A stretch of DNA of 62,603 nucleotides, filler included, from Rhabdomonas costata (Eukaryota), in assembly GCA_019059605.1 (NCBI GenBank). It is 44 parts of 44 records of this genome, joined end to end, with 100 filler letters (N's around TTAATTAATTAA, not from the genome) between each part and the next. Parts side by side here need not be neighbours in the genome. Positions count along the whole stretch, not along the records: positions 24,228 to 25,552 come from JAHMHO010019345.1; positions 25,653 to 26,984 come from JAHMHO010019346.1; positions 27,085 to 28,409 come from JAHMHO010019347.1; positions 28,510 to 29,834 come from JAHMHO010019348.1; positions 29,935 to 31,260 come from JAHMHO010019349.1; positions 31,361 to 32,685 come from JAHMHO010019350.1; positions 32,786 to 34,108 come from JAHMHO010019351.1; positions 34,209 to 35,533 come from JAHMHO010019352.1; 36 more parts are not named here. The stretch is one strand, 5' to 3'. The translations under genes and the position numbers were made by a program. This document shows positions 25,369 to 37,994 of this stretch, in pieces; position 1 is the first letter of the stretch, and each line of letters begins with the position of its first letter. The notes below the pieces were generated by a model. It was not told the origin of the DNA, ran no database searches, and saw only the letters and a program-made list of their open reading frames with translations.

Positions 25369-26917
25369 CTCCCTCAAAAGGTTCCAGAACCCCTCCCCCA
25401 ATCCAAAAAAAAGCCTTTCCCAAGAAAAAGAGCTGAGAGCGGCAACAAGAGAGAATAACGTGTGGAACACAGGACTGGAAATGGCAACCATAACGGAACC
25501 GTATCACAATAGTGCGGCGCAAACATTTCCTGTCCTGTATTTTGCCAACTTTNNNNNNNNNNNNNNNNNNNNNNNNNNNNNNNNNNNNNNNNNNNNTTAA
25601 TTAATTAANNNNNNNNNNNNNNNNNNNNNNNNNNNNNNNNNNNNNNNNNNNNGGGGGCAGTGCTCACAGGGTTTCGATCAGGCAGAGATGGGGAGGACGG
25701 GAGGGGTACGTGTGTTTATTAATTAATTACGCATGTTTATTAATTATTGTTTATGAATGTGAAGATGTAAAACAAATGGCAGGGTGGGGATGAGAAAACA
25801 ATACCCGTTTAATTCCCTTTTCGCACATACCGTGCATTTGACTTAAATGATATCCTTCCTGGGGACCTGACCCCTCCTCCAGCAAAAAGTCAATGTTGGG
25901 GCCACATAACCTGCCTTCCAGCGCCTTGCCCAAAACTGGAGGCATGCCTTCCAATATTGCGCTACAGCGGTGAATGCAAAGGACGAAGATAACCTCAAGA
26001 ACGTTGCCCATCCCTCACCGCCACAACCCCCCGGCACAAAGGCACAAAAGGTTTCCGCTGCTACGAAGGTATGCATGTTTCTATCACAGGGCATTCCATG
26101 TCGTCCCTGATAAATTGTCGATAAACGAGTGAGCTGCAGCATGGTGCTGCCAGGTTCTTCTTGCAACTTCTCTCAGGCTTCAGTAAGAGCTTATATAACC
26201 TTTGGGCGCATCGGTTTGAATGAGAGATTTCTTTGGATGAGACATCGTTTTCTGCACTCACCAGAATTTGGGCAAGATAAGCAAATACTTTGGACGATTG
26301 CCTGGGAAACAGCCACGCCCTGGTCCTTGGGGCATACCCCTGTCCAGTCACCACATTTGGTAGCCCTATATATGATGTTCACTCTTGTTGCGCTTGTTGT
26401 CTGCAGGTTTCACGGGGCACCACAAAACTCAGGAACGCAGAAACTAAAATCTACCAATTCAAAATCAAAATCAAATGGCGGACAGGACAGAAAGATGTAT
26501 GAGGAAGACTTCCTTTTTCCCGATGGCTTCTCGGTACAAGCGCACTACCAAAAACCGAGACTACCGCAAAAAAACCCAGATTCCAACTTATTTAGTCTCT
26601 CTTAATTATTTTCTTTGCTAAGGCGTGCAGCGTACTCCCCCAATGCCTTTACGAACCCTGCCCATTCTGCTAAAGTTCTCCGGCCTTTTACCGGCATTGC
26701 ACAGTGTTCCTCCTCCGTTGAAAACAGCAGCACAGACAAAAAGAGGAGAGGTAGAGGAGAATTGGGGAGAGCAGCTCACCATGACGGAAGGCCACGTGGG
26801 GCAGAAGATGCAATACGCAATGCAGTCCTTCAGCATCAACCGGTGCAGAATGATTTCGGCGTTCGATTGCCTCTCTCCAATGCACCCTCCCCCCTTCTGA
26901 AAAACCGATCACACACA

Positions 26918-26963
<46 letters not shown>

Positions 26964-27084
26964 AAACACCCAACACACCCAACANNNNNNNNNNNNNNNN
27001 NNNNNNNNNNNNNNNNNNNNNNNNNNNNTTAATTAATTAANNNNNNNNNNNNNNNNNNNNNNNNNNNNNNNNNNNNNNNNNNNN

Positions 27085-28333
27085 GTGGGGGAGCTGGTGC
27101 AGCTGTACGCCACCCTGGGGTTCACCTCGCGGCACACCATTGAGGTGGATGTGGTTGTGGAGGCGGAAAACTTAGTCACCGGCACGCGTCGTCGCACCAA
27201 CACGGCTCGGGTGACATATGTTGGGGCCACCCCAACGCTGGGGCTCACGTCGCTGAACAAGGTGCGGGCTGCGGAGGTCCCGCAGCTGGTGCCTCGGAAC
27301 GAGAAGGAACAGGCGCTGTTTGAGGCAGGGCAGGCGCGCTACGAGGCACGAAAGGTGGCCGTACCACTTGCAATCTTGAATGGGAAAGTTTCAGCCACCT
27401 TGCCTTTTTTGTGTTTTGTTTTGATCGTTTTTCCTGTAAATTTTCTTTGCAGGACGTTGAGTTTCTTCGTTTTTCTTTGCGGTTGAATGTAGATGGGATT
27501 CTGGAGAACCTGCGCTGCTGCGGGCGGCATTTTTCTTTCTCTCGGATGGGTTGGAAAGAATTGTGTAGCGGGTGACCATGATGTATCTCATCATCTCTTC
27601 AAGAGGTGGCGCCTGCGTTGTTCTGCAAATCTTTAGGCCGAGCTGCGCTCTCGCCGCGAAAGCTCCAGCAGTGCATTCAGGATTCTTGAGGATGAGGCTC
27701 AGGTTTCCTTGGTGGAGGTGATGATGCCCGGGGACTGTGTCTCGGGGAAGTATGTCCAGGTGTGCTCATCGCAGAGGGGGAAACGCCCCGCAATTCTTTG
27801 TTATATGCCCAACCACCGGCGCATTGCGGGATGCAATTTCCATTCCTCACACCGTGAGGAGTGCATCCAGACGCGGCAAGGACTAAAAATGCCGTGTTCT
27901 GTGGGGGGTCTCATATGCAAATACCTTGGCGAAAGGCTTTTCATGTCTCGAGTGCTGCAGTTCTTAGAAGCTGCGGAGTTGTGTGGTGGGAATTCAACAA
28001 TACTCGAAAGTGTGTCCTTTCTCTTGTCACGTGCTTTTCCCTGGGCAACGATAGATATCGCATCTGCCAATATTGCTCTTATATTGAATGCCACTGCAAT
28101 AAACTGTAAACATTTTTGCCTTCCGGGTATGCGTTTTTTTTTGGACTTTTTCCTTCATTCGATGAGTGGTTGCGAAGTCGCACGCCTTGGTTGCGTCCTG
28201 ATAGGCTGGTGTTTTGATGAAGCTCATGGACAACGCCGCGGGTTGCGCTGCAATCAAGCACTGCGGGGCAATCGCCGTCACGGCAAAGATTGACGCGTTG
28301 AATTTTGATCACAGCGTCCTTGTCGGAGACCTT
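27085..28333 (+). CDS. Double-hotdog acyl-CoA thioesterase (ACOT7-like), three exons
   Basis: Exons 27085-27354, 27637-27759 and 28205-28333, all phase 0 GT-AG. Motifs TSRHTIEVDVVVEAENL, MMPGDC, AGVLMKLMDNAAG and VTAKIDALNF. Confidence 0.85.
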
Positions 28334-28654
28334 GTACGATCCATATTTTTATTTGATTTCAGCTTTTTTTTGGACGAGGATTGACGAGAGAGTGAGGGGG
28401 GAGGTGTTTNNNNNNNNNNNNNNNNNNNNNNNNNNNNNNNNNNNNNNNNNNNNTTAATTAATTAANNNNNNNNNNNNNNNNNNNNNNNNNNNNNNNNNNN
28501 NNNNNNNNNGTAGTTTGGGGAGGGGCTTCTGACCCTCGCGCTAATCGCGTCGATGTTATTGCACTGGACACGCGGTGGGCTTTCTTTCGTGTTTCTGAGA
28601 TGCCTTGACTGCCCCCACCGCTCGTTGTCCTTTTGGGCGTGTCCACTTCCATAG

Positions 28655-29347
28655 GCTGTTGCAGGAAGACCTCAGGCACCGCGCAGAAGAGCGCCGGCAG
28701 CTGGAGCGGGCGGTGTACGGGCAGGCCGTGTCCCGGCCGCTGCCCAAGGCCCAGGTCGACGAGGCAGTCCGGCGGTATGCCTGTTTGCTTTTGTGTGCCT
28801 GTGTGCCCTGCGCCATTGAGGTTTTTTTTTGGGGGACCTCTGGTTATCCGCCCCACGAGAAGCGGCAGGAAGACCCCCACACACATAACAGCAGAACCTT
28901 CAAGTACCTGCGGGTGTGCTTCCCTTGCATCCGGAGGACGGCTTGTTATTACTTTTTCGCGTTCAAAAAATAAGATCATGAAAACCGAAGGCCCTGTCAT
29001 GTTAGAAACCTACTCGGAGATCGTCTCTTTCCCTTTTTTGTGTGGTTTTCAGGACTAATTTCTTAGTTTCATTTTCCTTTTTCGTTTGACAGTCTTTGTT
29101 TGTCGTATGTGTGTCTTTGGGGGTCAGCTTCCATGGGGAGGCCGCAGAGCGCTCCCAGCGGCAGCGCGAGGTGGAGGATGCCGCGGCGTTTCGGCCCAGC
29201 GGGCGGTGGGGCCGTCCCCGACCCCTAGGGCAGTACTCCCTGCAGCAGCTCCTAACTCGCCTCACTAACCCCGGGGCCACCGCAGGGAAGGCCTCCCCTT
29301 CCCCTTCTGCGAAGCCCAACCCCTCCCCAATTCCTCCTTCGCCCTGA
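28655..29347 (+). CDS. Last two exons of a charged repeat protein, possibly cytoskeletal
   Basis: Exons 28655-28774 and 29128-29347 (stop TGA) join in phase 2. Recurrent units LPKAQVDEAVRRFH and LGQYSLQQLLTRLT. Confidence 0.55.
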
Positions 29348-29934
29348 ACTGCTTCTGCTTGGCTGTAGTTGTTGGAATGCAAAAAAGAGAGCAACCCTTA
29401 AAAAATGTGAGCGGTTGTATGTTTTTCGTCTTGTTCTGCTGAGTACTGCGTGCCTGCCCAAGCGGTATGGATACCCCAGTGCAATATTTCCGCGGGGGTG
29501 AAGTGGTTGAGATGTTCCCTCCACTTGCCCGAACCAAAAGCCGTGCATCCTTGTACCCCCAAATACGCAATCGTGGATATGAGTTGACGCTTTTCTGTTG
29601 AGCTCCCGGATGATGATCAGAGAATGGCTCGGACTAGCTCGGTTCATGACCCTACTACTGCCTCAAACGCTGTGCGCTGTAGTCTTCGGAAGTCCGAGGG
29701 CTTGTGATCACTCTGTAGGGAGATGACGACCAAGAGGCCTGAAGATGTGCTGCCTGCTGCGTAAATGCAGGCATGCGTAATCTTTGTCGGTTAGAAAGCA
29801 AAGCGTACCGAATTCCATGCTAGCGTCTTTTTTTNNNNNNNNNNNNNNNNNNNNNNNNNNNNNNNNNNNNNNNNNNNNTTAATTAATTAANNNNNNNNNN
29901 NNNNNNNNNNNNNNNNNNNNNNNNNNNNNNNNNN

Positions 29935-31260
29935 GTTGTGTGTGAGTTCTGCGATGCCAAGCTGAGTACTACGCTGTGTCTTGATGGATGTGTGCTTGGG
30001 GCTACGGGTTCATGGGTTCGTGTTTTCGAGGGTCAGGGTTTCGAAGGTCACGTGTTGGAAGGTGCGGGGTTGATGGTTGCTGCGAGTGAGTTGGTGTTGC
30101 TAGGCTGTCATGTCTCAGGGTGTCAGGAGGGGTGTGTGGAGTTGGAGGGTCAGGGTCACGTTTTGGGGTGTGAGGGTCAGGAGGGTGTGAGTGCTGTGAG
30201 TGGCTCGATGCATGACTGTACTACGCTTTGTGTTCTCAGGGTGTCAGAGGGTTCTTCGTTTCTGTGGAGGTCTGGGGTTCGAGGGTCTGGATTTCTGAGG
30301 TCACGTGAGGGTTTTACGGCTGAAGGTGAGAGGGTAGGGGATTCTGAGGCTAAGGTGAGGATGCCTTGAGTTCCTACCTGCGGTGCCAGAACCCAAGCTG
30401 AACCCCGATGCCAGAACTCCGATGCCTTTCCAATCCTCAACTCGGGGACACTCTCTACTCCGGCATGTCGCTACGCACCATGCCTTCGTGTTTCTAGGGG
30501 CCTTCAAGATGCATGCCTTCTGTGTTTCTTGCTTCAGTGAGGATTTACGGGTGTTGGAATTCTGGGTGTAGGGGAGTTAAAGATGAGTTGAGGGGTTGAA
30601 GAGATGAAGGCCTTCTACCTGCGGTGCCTTTCACCTCTACTACGGCAAGATCGCTGCGCACTCTTGCCTTCGTGACCTTAAGCGTAAAAGTCGAGGATTG
30701 AAATGCAGTGGGTATCTTGCATCTTGGGTTCGAGGCATCGAGGCATCCCGGAGTCAGGAAGGTGAAGGCATCGCAGATAGGAATGCACTTTACACTCCTT
30801 CTACACTCCTACACCCCTCCTACGTTGAAACCTTCGACCCTCCACCCAAAATTCCACACCCCAAGGCCCCAGAAACACGCAAGGCATCACCATCACACAT
30901 CAAGGCAGTACTCAGCTTCACCAACACACACACCACCCCTCGAACCCCTCAGCACGTGAAATCCTGACACCCTGAAATCCGGAGACCTGGACACCCTGAA
31001 CCCACACTCACACTTCGAGACACAAGCACTGTAGAAGCACTGACAATACGCGAGACCGAAACCAGACACCAGCACGAGCACCCACCTACCCACCTACGAA
31101 ACCCACGCAAGCACCACAGAAGCACGACCCCATACCGTACCAACACGAACCATAGCGAAGGAACCCATAGCAACAACGAAGGCAAGCAACCCGCAAACCG
31201 AGAAGGCCGACACCACCTAAGCAGAAGGACCGAAACCAGCACCCACGAATACCAACCACA
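29935..31260. repeat. Diverged minisatellite/foldback-like non-coding contig
   Basis: G/T-rich left part and C/A-rich right part, with inverted matches 30115-30128/30962-30975, 29961-29970/30907-30916 and 30274-30285/30937-30948, and direct repeat CTACCTGCGGTGCC at 30374 and 30615. Confidence 0.65.
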
Positions 31261-31360
31261 NNNNNNNNNNNNNNNNNNNNNNNNNNNNNNNNNNNNNNNN
31301 NNNNTTAATTAATTAANNNNNNNNNNNNNNNNNNNNNNNNNNNNNNNNNNNNNNNNNNNN

Positions 31361-32685
31361 GGTTGGTGGGCAAGGTAGGGGTGGGGAAGATGTCGGAGTA
31401 GCCTGGGTTGAATCGGTTTGCAGCAGAGGAGCGCCAGCCAGCGCTGCGGGCCATCGGGCCGGTCTTCCAGTAGATCGCTTCACTCTGGTTAGCAGGCACA
31501 TTGATCAGGATTGGAGAATTCCATATCGGCTTGTTGTTTCTGTCCAAGGGGTAGAGCTCCTCGCCGAACACCGAGCAGTTGCTTCCGGGGAAGTGGGCGG
31601 TGTCATTGCAGACGGTATTGTTGAAATCAAAAGTGACCATCCAAAGCCCAAGTGGGCTAATCGCCATGGCATTGTTCGGGGCCCAGGCCAGCAAAGAGGC
31701 CACAACGCTGTCCGGCACGCTCAAGATGTTCTCGGTGGTTAATGGCAGCCACTGGTAGCAGGCAGTGACGAAGTTGTTCATGGTAACGTTCTTGTGGAAG
31801 AAAGTATTGCTCTCTGTGCGGTTCGGTATTAGTGGCACACACGCTTGCAACTCCGTTGATGCCAACACGGCAAATACGGAAAGCAGACCAGCCCAAAGAC
31901 AAGACTAACAAGAGCTGGAGTTCGACCGCCGACAAGGACCAGTACCGGAACAACGGAGAATCGAACAAGAAGACATATGCAATGGGCGAATGGAGAGCAC
32001 CTTTCTTTTTACAATGTCGAAAGATCTGAGTCAACTGGTTTTACGCCCGCAGCCTCGCAAGGCAGTCAACGGATGCTGTGACGCTCTAGAGTGAAACTGC
32101 ATGCACTAGCAAACACATTGACGCGAGGAGCTCCAATTTTCTTCCAGGAACCAGAACAAGGGCCAGTTTGGAGGACAGTGGAAAAGGCGGGAGGTTGAGG
32201 CTGTGGAAGCGCTCTGGGAAAGCGACTTCGGTGTCTGGCCACAGTGAATCAGACCATTGCAATGCTACCTTGGATAATTTCGCCGTCCTTTTCTGCAGAC
32301 AACGGCAGGATGCACACACGAAGGCACGGCGGGACCGACAAGCACAGCAGTTGCGTGCGAGGACTGGCAAAGAAACAAAAATCACTACAACACAGTTCCG
32401 GGGCTGACAGACGCTCTGCCGAGAACACGTGATTCACACAACTAGTGCACACACAACACACCCATGAGGTTCAGCTGGTGACCCAGGTTGACCTTGCCCC
32501 GCACAAGAACGTCCACCCGCCCCGCGGCCTCCGACATGCTCAGTTGTGCCATGTCTTGTAGCGACTTCTGCCCCTGCAGATACGTCAGGTAGTACCCCAG
32601 GAACCCGCTCACGGTCATTAGCAGCAGGAAGGCCACGAACAGAAGCACCCGGATCGACGCCAGGCGCCTGAGCGACGTGGGACAG
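31361..32685 (-). CDS. Transmembrane receptor N-terminus with a Cache-like extracellular domain, two exons
   Basis: Exon 32685-32462 reads SIRVLLFVAFLLLMTVSGFLGYYLTYLQGQKSLQDMAQLSMSEAAGRV (TM plus the long helix typical of bacterial dCache sensors). It joins in phase 1 (g|gtgtgt ... gcacag|ag) to exon 31813-31361, which has several N-x-S/T sequons. Confidence 0.6.
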
Positions 32686-34235
32686 NNNNNNNNNNNNNNN
32701 NNNNNNNNNNNNNNNNNNNNNNNNNNNNNTTAATTAATTAANNNNNNNNNNNNNNNNNNNNNNNNNNNNNNNNNNNNNNNNNNNNTGTTTGTGGTCTTAG
32801 AAGTACGAAAAGGAAGAGGTCTGACGCAGCATCCTGAACTCCCGGCAGTCTTGGGTACCCTTGTATGTGTGCATATGTGTCAGTGTTTTATTTGGGTGGA
32901 TCCGATTTCCGGATTATCCCTTTTACGGTCTGCCTTCTCCTGCCGAATTGGAGTGGTCGTGGTCAACTTGTGTGCTTCAGCTGAAAGGTCCTTCCTGCCA
33001 GTTAGGTATCTTTGGCGGGTAAGACGTCACTACCTTTGTATTCCTCTCGGGCATTTGTCTATCGAGTCATTGTCATGCTTTTTCCCTTTTTCCCTTCTGC
33101 CTTGTCACTGCGGATGGTTTCGCGTTGCACGTTTTCTAGCACTCGATGCTCTCGATGCGCTGTGGGTTTGTTGTGGCCTGCAGAGTGTGCTTTGGAAAAC
33201 CCCGGGTGGGTTCATTGCGACGGCTTTAGACGGTTGTGTACTTTTCTCGTACGTGCTCCTTTTCTCCGTCTCCCCACCACCTGCCCCATGCCCCAGACCT
33301 GCCCCGCATTCCGGAACGTCTCTCTTCCAGACCGTCCGTAGTTTTGTGGTACACCCCCCAGAGAAGCGAGGCCTGACGGTTTCGTTTTAATTCACCTACC
33401 GGTGCCGAAACCTCCTTTATCGTTACAGTCCTTTCCGTCGATCAACACCACCCGCCCCATGTAAGGCCCTCTCTGCTCTTTGCTCTCGTGCTTTCCTTGT
33501 GTCAGTGCTGGTGCTGGTGCACCACTTCTTCTCGCTGCACTAGTTCGGTTGCTTTGGCACCCTCCCCTACCTCCGTGGCATCTGCACTGCTCCACTCCAC
33601 TCAACAAGTGCGAACGAGTCTTTGCCCTGTGCGTGGGGCCTAAATCCAGCTTCGTTTGTCTGCATTTAGTAACTACCGGTTGTAGTATCATTTTCCTATC
33701 GGACTGGTATGGTATGGTATGGGGGAAACTGTAGCCAGCAGCAACGCATAGGTGCCTAGAAGAGTACAGAAGAGAAGTTGAAAGCGACAATGAAGGACAT
33801 GGTTGGTTTTCGCAGTCTTGCTTTTTGCTTTTGTTCCCGTTGAACCCGTCTTTGTTCCCGTTTGCAATGTTTGTGGTCATCTTGGGGTGGCGGCATCTTG
33901 GAAAAGCACATTTACAGGAAATTAGAGTTGGGCTCACAAAAAACAAAGCTTCTAAGGCGTGATCTTGAAGATCGTCATCCGGTGGGTAGCGAGGAGGGTC
34001 GTAACGTCACGCGGACAGTGGCGATGGGTTTTGTGATGAAATCAGGCTGATGGCCGCACGCAGACATTGAGAGAGAGAGAGAGAGGTTGGCAGGAAGTAC
34101 CCAAACCCNNNNNNNNNNNNNNNNNNNNNNNNNNNNNNNNNNNNNNNNNNNNTTAATTAATTAANNNNNNNNNNNNNNNNNNNNNNNNNNNNNNNNNNNN
34201 NNNNNNNNGGGGGTGGTGGGGTGCTAAGAGGTTGC

Positions 34236-35377
34236 CTTGAGGTTGCCGTCCTGCACGGTCTCCAGGAACTGCTTCCCCATGGCCAATTGGGAATCCTTGC
34301 GCAGCTCCAACACCACCCGCTCGTGGTCCACACGTGGGGAGATCGTCGAAAGCAGATCCGTCAGCTGCCCTGGGGACAGCTTAATGTAGAAGTGAATGGC
34401 TTGGTAGCACAGCTCCACGCTGCTCACCTGCACATACATACAGGGGTGAGAGAGTCTGATGCGGGATAAGAAACTGAGGATGCACTTCGGCCACATTCCT
34501 TCAAGAAGGCCTGTTTATTCGGCTTGCAATAGCATTTCTGCCATACGTGGGCACTCATTATCAACGTGCAATAACGCCTACCTGTCAGTGCTTCTAAAAA
34601 TGAAGAGCGGAGGCTCTTATCGCATTAGCAAAACAGGGACAACGGAGTGCGCATGCGCCAAGGCAAACGAAGGAGTCAGGAGTTCTAGAAGGCAGCAGAA
34701 CTGCTTCAAAAAACCAAGTCCCTAACCAAAAAAAATTAATCGAACATCCCTTAACTACTCAATTATCACCAGTCTCCTGTGTGTAGCAGCAGCGCAACCT
34801 TGGTCAAAGTGTCCTTGAAGATCTCGTGGTCCCAGGCCTCCGCGGTGTGAGCCATCATGAGCTTCGCCGCATTGTCAAACTCGTCGTTGTGAGTGTACAG
34901 GAACCTCGCCTCTGTGTAAAAACGCCAAGGCAGACAGGAGGCGTCCCGGGGAGGGAATTCGTCCCCTGCGATCCTGCCAAAAGCTCTTCATTTTACATAA
35001 ATGAACTGTGGGAGAGGGTTTCAAAACGCCTCCACTAAACAAAAAGGATCCACCGAAAACAATCAATTCCATGATCGTGCCTGAGCAGCTGCTGTAACCT
35101 GCCAATTCTCCAAGAAGGGAAGTGGCTGTCTTTTCTGGCACGAGGCACCGTAACAAAAACATTCAATTAGGTCTACGTGGGTTCTGCTCTCTCTCTCTCT
35201 CTCTTGCGAGCCTGCCCAATGGTGGTACTGCTCGCAGACTCGGATGAGCTTGTTGACGTTGACGCGACGGTGGAACAGCTTGATGTGCTCCATCAGGCGC
35301 TCCGGGCGGTACTTCGCGTACAGCACGCCCAGCTCCGTGAACATGCCCATGTGGGCCCGCTCGTGCCCCAGCCCAGC
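34236..35377 (-). CDS. CHC: Clathrin heavy chain, three internal exons
   Basis: Exons 35377-35212 ([18 protein letters not shown]), 34911-34799 ([26 protein letters not shown]) and 34427-34236 ([10 protein letters not shown]...[10 protein letters not shown]) are colinear with the known clathrin repeat region. Confidence 0.95.
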
Positions 35378-35633
35378 CTGAGACACACACAGGTATTGAG
35401 GTATCAGCAGCTACCACCCCTGGGCTTGATTCATGAGCGGGAAGCTACGGGCAATCTGACGTGGAAGCACTTTACCTTGAAACAAACACCACACACAACC
35501 ATGCTGCTGCGCGAAAGGCACACACACGGCTACNNNNNNNNNNNNNNNNNNNNNNNNNNNNNNNNNNNNNNNNNNNNTTAATTAATTAANNNNNNNNNNN
35601 NNNNNNNNNNNNNNNNNNNNNNNNNNNNNNNNN

Positions 35634-36345
35634 GGTTGGGGTGGGCAATGGAGGGCAGGGCGTAGGCCAAGGTCTTGCCGCTGCCCGTCTCCGCGAGGCA
35701 GATGCAGTCCGAGCCAGACAGCAGAGCGGGCCAGGCGATAGATTGAATCACGGTGGGCCTGCGGAACCTCCTGGGAACGGGGAAAGGGGAAGGGTGGATT
35801 GGGAAAAACGGGATGGAGCATTAAATTGCCCAAATTGCTGCGAACAATTGCCGTTGTCGGAGTTATGCGTACATCACAATAAATGATGAAGCTAAACCAT
35901 CCGGCGATCTCACGCACTCAAACGAAAGACATTACATATCGCAGAAAGCTAAAAAAACAAGTTATTTTTCCTATCAAGCTCCCTCTAAGCCGAGATTCCA
36001 ACATTTCTGAAAAATAATAACAATAGAAGAAAACGGGGGTAGCTTTTTGCTCAATCCGCGGAGTTGCATCTCTCATGATCTCTCATGGATGGGGGACCAC
36101 TTCATTTTGTGACCAGAACAGAAGCAACGCCAAATCATACCCTCGCAGCGAAGCGTTGATCTCGTCCCCAAAGTCGACCTCAGCAAAGTCGAGCACAGGA
36201 GCTGGGGCCTCGGGAGGCACCTCCACGTGGCTGTCGGAGTAGAAACGCTCGGCCCAACCCCGCGGGCGCTGCTGGAGTCTCAGATGACGGGCCTGCAGGT
36301 CTTTAACCACGGGACTAGCTTTCAGCTCCGCGGTAGTCCACACGG
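35634..36345 (-). CDS. DEAD-box RNA helicase (Dbp2/DDX5-like N-terminal region)
   Basis: An exon ending 36141 ([12 protein letters not shown]) joins in phase 2 to exon 35770-35634 with the Q-motif [13 protein letters not shown] and Walker [12 protein letters not shown]. The 5' boundary is uncertain. Confidence 0.9.
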
Positions 36346-37583
36346 CTGAATCCACCGAAGGTGGCAGCAATCACGATAATGATGAGTTAATATCAGAAAT
36401 TGCTGGCGGCCAGTCAGGGCTCTCATACCGCTGCAAATCGTTCTGATTGGTTGCGGAGCCTCGAAAGAAAGCGCTATAGTTCTGACAGCAGCCAAAAACT
36501 ATCACTGGAACTAAAGTGACTTCCTTCGCTTATAAACGCTTCCAATTTCCTCTAAGTTACCCGGTAAGATCCAAAAAAAGCTCTTACCTAGCCTAGTGTT
36601 AACAATCCCACATTTTTGATTTTGATTTTTTAACCACTGCATCGTTGCCACCCCTCCCAATAACAGAAGCACCCTAATTCACTGCAACATCTCCCGTAAA
36701 AACTCAACAGAACTCAACAGAATTCAACAAAGAATTCACTGGATTTCACTAAGTCCACGATGTAACAGCATTTTCTGGTTTGCCAAAAAACGCTTAACGT
36801 ACTAGCAGAGTCTTTTGGAGACTGGAGCATGTGAGTGCAAACGAGTGGCTGATTACCCATTATCCTTGTGAAGGGCTTCCCTGGATACCTGGGCGTAAGC
36901 CCCGTAGTGCACAACGCGCTGAGCCGCTTCCGGTGCTCAACGGCTCATCCACAGCCACNNNNNNNNNNNNNNNNNNNNNNNNNNNNNNNNNNNNNNNNNN
37001 NNTTAATTAATTAANNNNNNNNNNNNNNNNNNNNNNNNNNNNNNNNNNNNNNNNNNNNGGGTTTGGGGGGCATCTCTCGTCTGCAGGACGAGTGTGCGCA
37101 TGTTTTTCAAAGAGCATCCGGAGTTGAGTGTCTTTTTAGGACAAGGCATTCTCCTCGTGTGTGTGCTTTGACTTGAGGTGAGGTTGTGGGCGCTTGTGGC
37201 CGCTCGTTTCCTTTCGTGGGTGTGACTGTTTCTTTTCGGTTGCTTGCCGGAATGCGAGTGAAGGTTTTTTCTTCGCTGTTTTTCCATATCAGCGTTGTAT
37301 GCACGTGGACATTCTTGTCTATCCAGCGCTTGTTGTATGCTAAGGAGGTCTTTTATTTTCATACACCTTCCGTCTTTCAGATCACGGTTTTCTGCCTTCC
37401 CCCTCACTGTCCACAATTCTGTGACCATTCTCGCGTTTCCATGGCTTCAGAATCGTACCAAAACAGACGCTTTCAATTCAGTACTTCAACAACTGAAAGA
37501 AGGCCCTGTCCTCGGACATGGGGAGACTACAGCAGCGGTGCTGGTGGTGGCGGCGGCGGCGGTGGGAGTCACCGGACACACAC

Positions 37584-37994
37584 GCAGTGGTCCAGAGGCC
37601 GTGGCTTCTTCTTCGGCGGGGGATTGAGTACGGAGCGGTACCACCCCACAGAGCTCGCGGGGCACAAGAAGGCCCGCGAGCGGAAGCTCAGGATGCTCAA
37701 CCACGCCTTAAGCACAGGGCTCTGCCCGGCCGTGGGCTCGGGCTTGCGGATACACAACCCCACATAAGTCGGTCCACACACCTTCCACCGAAGCCCCGAC
37801 CGGTAGAAGTCCCGAAGGTTGGCCACCGCGGCCTGGCCCTCCTTCTTGTACTTGAACTGGATCGTGAGATTGGAGAAGGGCAGTCGGGCGGTATGGCACG
37901 AGCCCATCGCGCAGCCCTCCTCGGGGTGGCAGCAATCCAGCACGGCCATTACGGGGAAGCGCGAGATTGGCACACCGAACCGTGCCAAGTGGAT
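37584..37994 (-). CDS. Putative exon, unknown protein
   Basis: ctctcattag| IHLARFGVPISRFPVMAVLDCCH...PLDHC |gtgtgt; 137 codons open with GC3 bias. Confidence 0.4.

Noticed and set aside
24228..28409. Apparent clustering of fatty-acid genes (acyl-CoA dehydrogenase and thioesterase), or of glycosyltransferases
   Set aside because: They lie on different contigs that appear grouped only by similar length, so adjacency carries no biological information.
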